64,000 bases of DNA from a virus (Duplodnaviria > Caudoviricetes): positions 11,995 through 75,994 of the IMG/VR virus record IMGVR_UViG_2595698393_000001; one strand, given 5' to 3'. The translations under genes and the position numbers were made by a program. The notes under the pieces were generated by a model that did no database searches, had not been told where the DNA came from, and worked only from the letters and a program-made list of their open reading frames with translations. Shown here one piece after another: positions 61,001-64,000 of this stretch (the first letter of the stretch is position 1; each line of letters starts with the position of its first letter).

Positions 61001-63996
61001 CTGAGGACGATTTTTTAAGTGAGTTATCAGATAAAGAAGCAATTGAATATTTAGAAGAGCAATATGGAAAACAAGAAGGACAACAAGATGTCGAGATCAG
61101 AGAGGCTGAGGCTGCAAGCGTTCAAGAACTTTCAGGAAAAAAAGAAACAGAATCAAAGTCAGAAACCCAAGAAGAAGTAGATAACGAGATTCAGGCGCAA
61201 GGTATAACTTCAAAATCTAAAGACAACAGAGATTTAGCACTAAGCAAAGGTGGTCCAGTAAGACAATTAAATGAATTTAGAGCCAAGTTTAAAAGATTAT
61301 GGAACCAATCATTTAAAAGTAATGCCGGAGCAACAAAAGAAGTTGCAAATATCATGCGATCTCTAGGAAGAGAAACTAGCGCAATAACAACTGCTTTAGA
61401 ATACGAGATAGGCGTATTAAATAAAATAGGTAAAGATGTACTTAAGAAGTCAAAAAAAGACTTTAAAGAGAACATAAAATCTATTAACGAATACATGTCT
61501 GGTAATAAAGATGCGGATATTTCTTTTTTAAATGACGAACAAATTAATAGTTTAGATGCGTTAAGAACAAGAGTAGATACATTATCCGAACAACTAAACA
61601 CTAGATTGGCTGATAAAATAACAGCACTAGAAGCTAAAAAGAAAAGTTATAAATCAAGTTCTATTGCCCAAACAAGCATTGATAATTCTATAGAGAGAAT
61701 ACAAAACCTTATAGATACTATAGAAGCTAATAAGGGAGTTTACTTGTATCGATCATACCAAGCTTTTAAAGATAAAAAATACCTTAACAATCTTACGAGT
61801 AAAAACGTAAATGCAGAAGGTAGAAACAGAATCAAAAAGGCTGTAGATTTTATTATAGAAGAAAGCGAAGGAAAATTAGACGAGAAAGCTGCTAGAAGAC
61901 AACTGTTTGAATACCTAGACGATTTAAAAGTTAAAGGAGACTTCGCTACACAAGCAACAAGTGGACGCGCAGATTCTCCATTCTTAAAAAAGAGAAAAGA
62001 TATTCCAGAACCAATACGTGAACTATTAGGAGAGTCTAAAGATCCTGTGGCAAATTATGTAAATACTGTTTTTAAAATAAGCAGTTATATTGCTAGTTTG
62101 GAATATCAAGAAACAATGGCCACCGAATTGCTAGATTCTGGACTAGGAACATACGAAGCTCAAGAAGGATATACAAAACTAACTTCTGATTCAGAAGGAT
62201 GGCAAGGCTTAAGCGGTATATATGTTCCTAATGAACTATATAACTCAATACAGGATTTACAGCCATTAGATGCCGTTACAAACGATGTATACAAAGCTTT
62301 AATTGTGTTTTCTGGATTCACTAAGCTAGGAAAAACTGTTTTAAGTCCAACTACTGCGGCTAGAAACTTTTATAGCGGTGTTTTCTTAGGAATAAATGCA
62401 GGATTTATGCCAGGAGCCAATCCAAAACTTGCGGCCAAGGCTTTAAAGTTAGCATGGGGAACTAAAAAGACTAGAAAAGAACTAAAGTCCGAACTTTATA
62501 AATTACACCAACTAGGTATTTTGGGTGACGGAGGTATGTCGCAAGAAGTAATAGAAACTATCAATGATTTCAGTAATGAAATTGATAGGATGGTTAGTAA
62601 AAATGTATTCACTAAAAGTTTTGATGTTGTTAAAAAAATATATGCTCTTGGTGATGATTACTATAAAGTGATAGGATTTTACACATACAAACAAAGGTAC
62701 ATGAGTAGTGGAATGACTGAAATGCAATCAGAAGCTAAGGCAGCAGAAAGAATGACAAGCACATTTCCTACATACAGTATGCTTCCTAAAAATGTTCAAA
62801 GGTTAAGAAGAGTTCCTTTTGTTGGTACATTCGTTTCATTTCCATACGAGGTTTTAAGAACTACGGCAAATACTTTAAGGTTTATTAAAGAAGATATAGA
62901 TTCTGGTAGAAATAAAATGGCAATGCAGCAAGCGGCAGGATTATTTGTAGCTAGTGCATCACTTGGAGCTATAAGTATAATTAGCCGAAACATGATTGGA
63001 TTCGATGATGAAGATGATGATACTCTTAGAAATATGCTTCCTGATTGGCAGAAAAATGCTAAACTTATTTACACAGGTAAAGACGGTTATAAACAACCTG
63101 TATTTATGGATGGTACCGCATTGTTTCCTGCGGAGGTTTGGTTGAAGCCATTAAGAGCATTATTAGAAGATAGAGCCGGAAGAAGCTTTAATGATAAGAT
63201 GAAAATTTCTGCGGATGAATTATTTACACCTTATATTGGATTGGATATTTCATACAAAACAGTTAATGAGTTAATATCAAACAAAGACCAATACAGTAAG
63301 AAGATATATGAAGGAGAAAGTTTAGGAACTGGAGTGTTTAGTGATCCAGAAAAGATAGTTCAACACTACCTTAAAAATGCAGGTCCAGGAGTTTATGCAA
63401 ACATAACAGAATTTATGAGAGCCAACGATATTAATCCTGATTTCTTCGGGGATAAATTCACTTCTTATGGTAGAGAATACAATAATCGCGATGCTATAAT
63501 GGGCTTACTTGGTTTTAGATTCTCTACAATAAACTATGCTTCAGGTATGAGTTCTGTAGGATTTGATTTAAAGGAGAAATACAATGATGTAAGAACAAAT
63601 ATATCCAGAAAGATAAAATCTACAAAGGAGTTAGATGAAGAACAAATTGGAAAGCTTATTGAAAAGTATAATGAGGTCAATGAAAAAGTTTCGGATCAAG
63701 TTTTATTAAACATAAAAGGAGCCAGAAAACTAGGTGTTAGTGATACTGATATTGAGAATGCATTAAATCAAAGTGGATTTTCTATTGGAGATATAGACTA
63801 CTTCTTAACAGGAGATAAGCCACCATTGAAGGAAATTTCTAAAACTACTGAGGCAAACCAAGTAGACAAAATTGATTTAAACTACAAAGACAAAAACAAG
63901 GCCAATAAGATTATTGATAGTTACTATAAAAATGTAGACTTATTCAATACCCTTATTTACGAATATCCAGACAAAGAAAAAACCAACCCTAAATAA
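58058..63996 (+). CDS. Giant internal virion/ejection protein (~1980 aa if the frameshift at ~58260 is repaired)
   Basis: 58058 ORF (YDLGTYEEFETK repeats) joins the 1871 aa ORF via TTA A8 G; acidic linker; large helical C-terminus. Confidence 0.7.
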
Positions 63997-64000
63997 CGGG

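Noticed and set aside
1502-62993. Many antisense or alternate-frame ORFs in the track (e.g. 3002, 13105, 34997, 37886, 48652, 61191)
   Set aside because: Ser/Leu/Phe-rich shadows of well-supported genes on the opposite strand or frame.
1-64000. Stop-codon reassignment as in some crAss-like phages
   Set aside because: Long genes are open in the standard code, TAA/TAG end genes normally, and the only tRNA has anticodon GCA, not a suppressor.

Overview
AT-rich phage DNA with Bacteroidota-type TAnnTTTG promoters and signal peptides ending in a +1 Gln, so the host is probably a flavobacterium. The phage looks temperate and podovirus-like. Left arm: SbcC/Rad50-like ATPase (partial), excisionase-like HTH, HNH endonuclease, an array of small ORFs, a tyrosine integrase and a leftward 'early' operon with an XRE repressor and a kinase-like gene. 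A 1.2 kb non-coding strand switch follows. Middle region: YopX, MazG, KTSC, RuvC, a 3'-5' exonuclease and GroES. Right region: a tail-fibre/spike cluster, lysis genes, TerS/TerL, portal, scaffold, capsid, tail rings and muzzle, a tRNA-Cys and ejection proteins. Three things stand out. (1) An integron-cassette-like array at 2438-4390: most ORFs sit between self-complementary GTT...AAC ends and are separated by attC-like hairpins that fold on the top strand. (2) Two different self-cleaving ribozymes, a pistol (8375-8441) and a type I hammerhead (9773-9825), in the early operon. (3) Six tail-fibre/spike-like proteins that all carry Sec signal peptides, including a duplicated adaptor + passenger module with a shared C-terminal KNQxLIYWRY peptide. 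At least seven ORFs are broken at homopolymers that each lack one base, probably long-read errors. All calls come from reading motifs by eye; no database searches were run.
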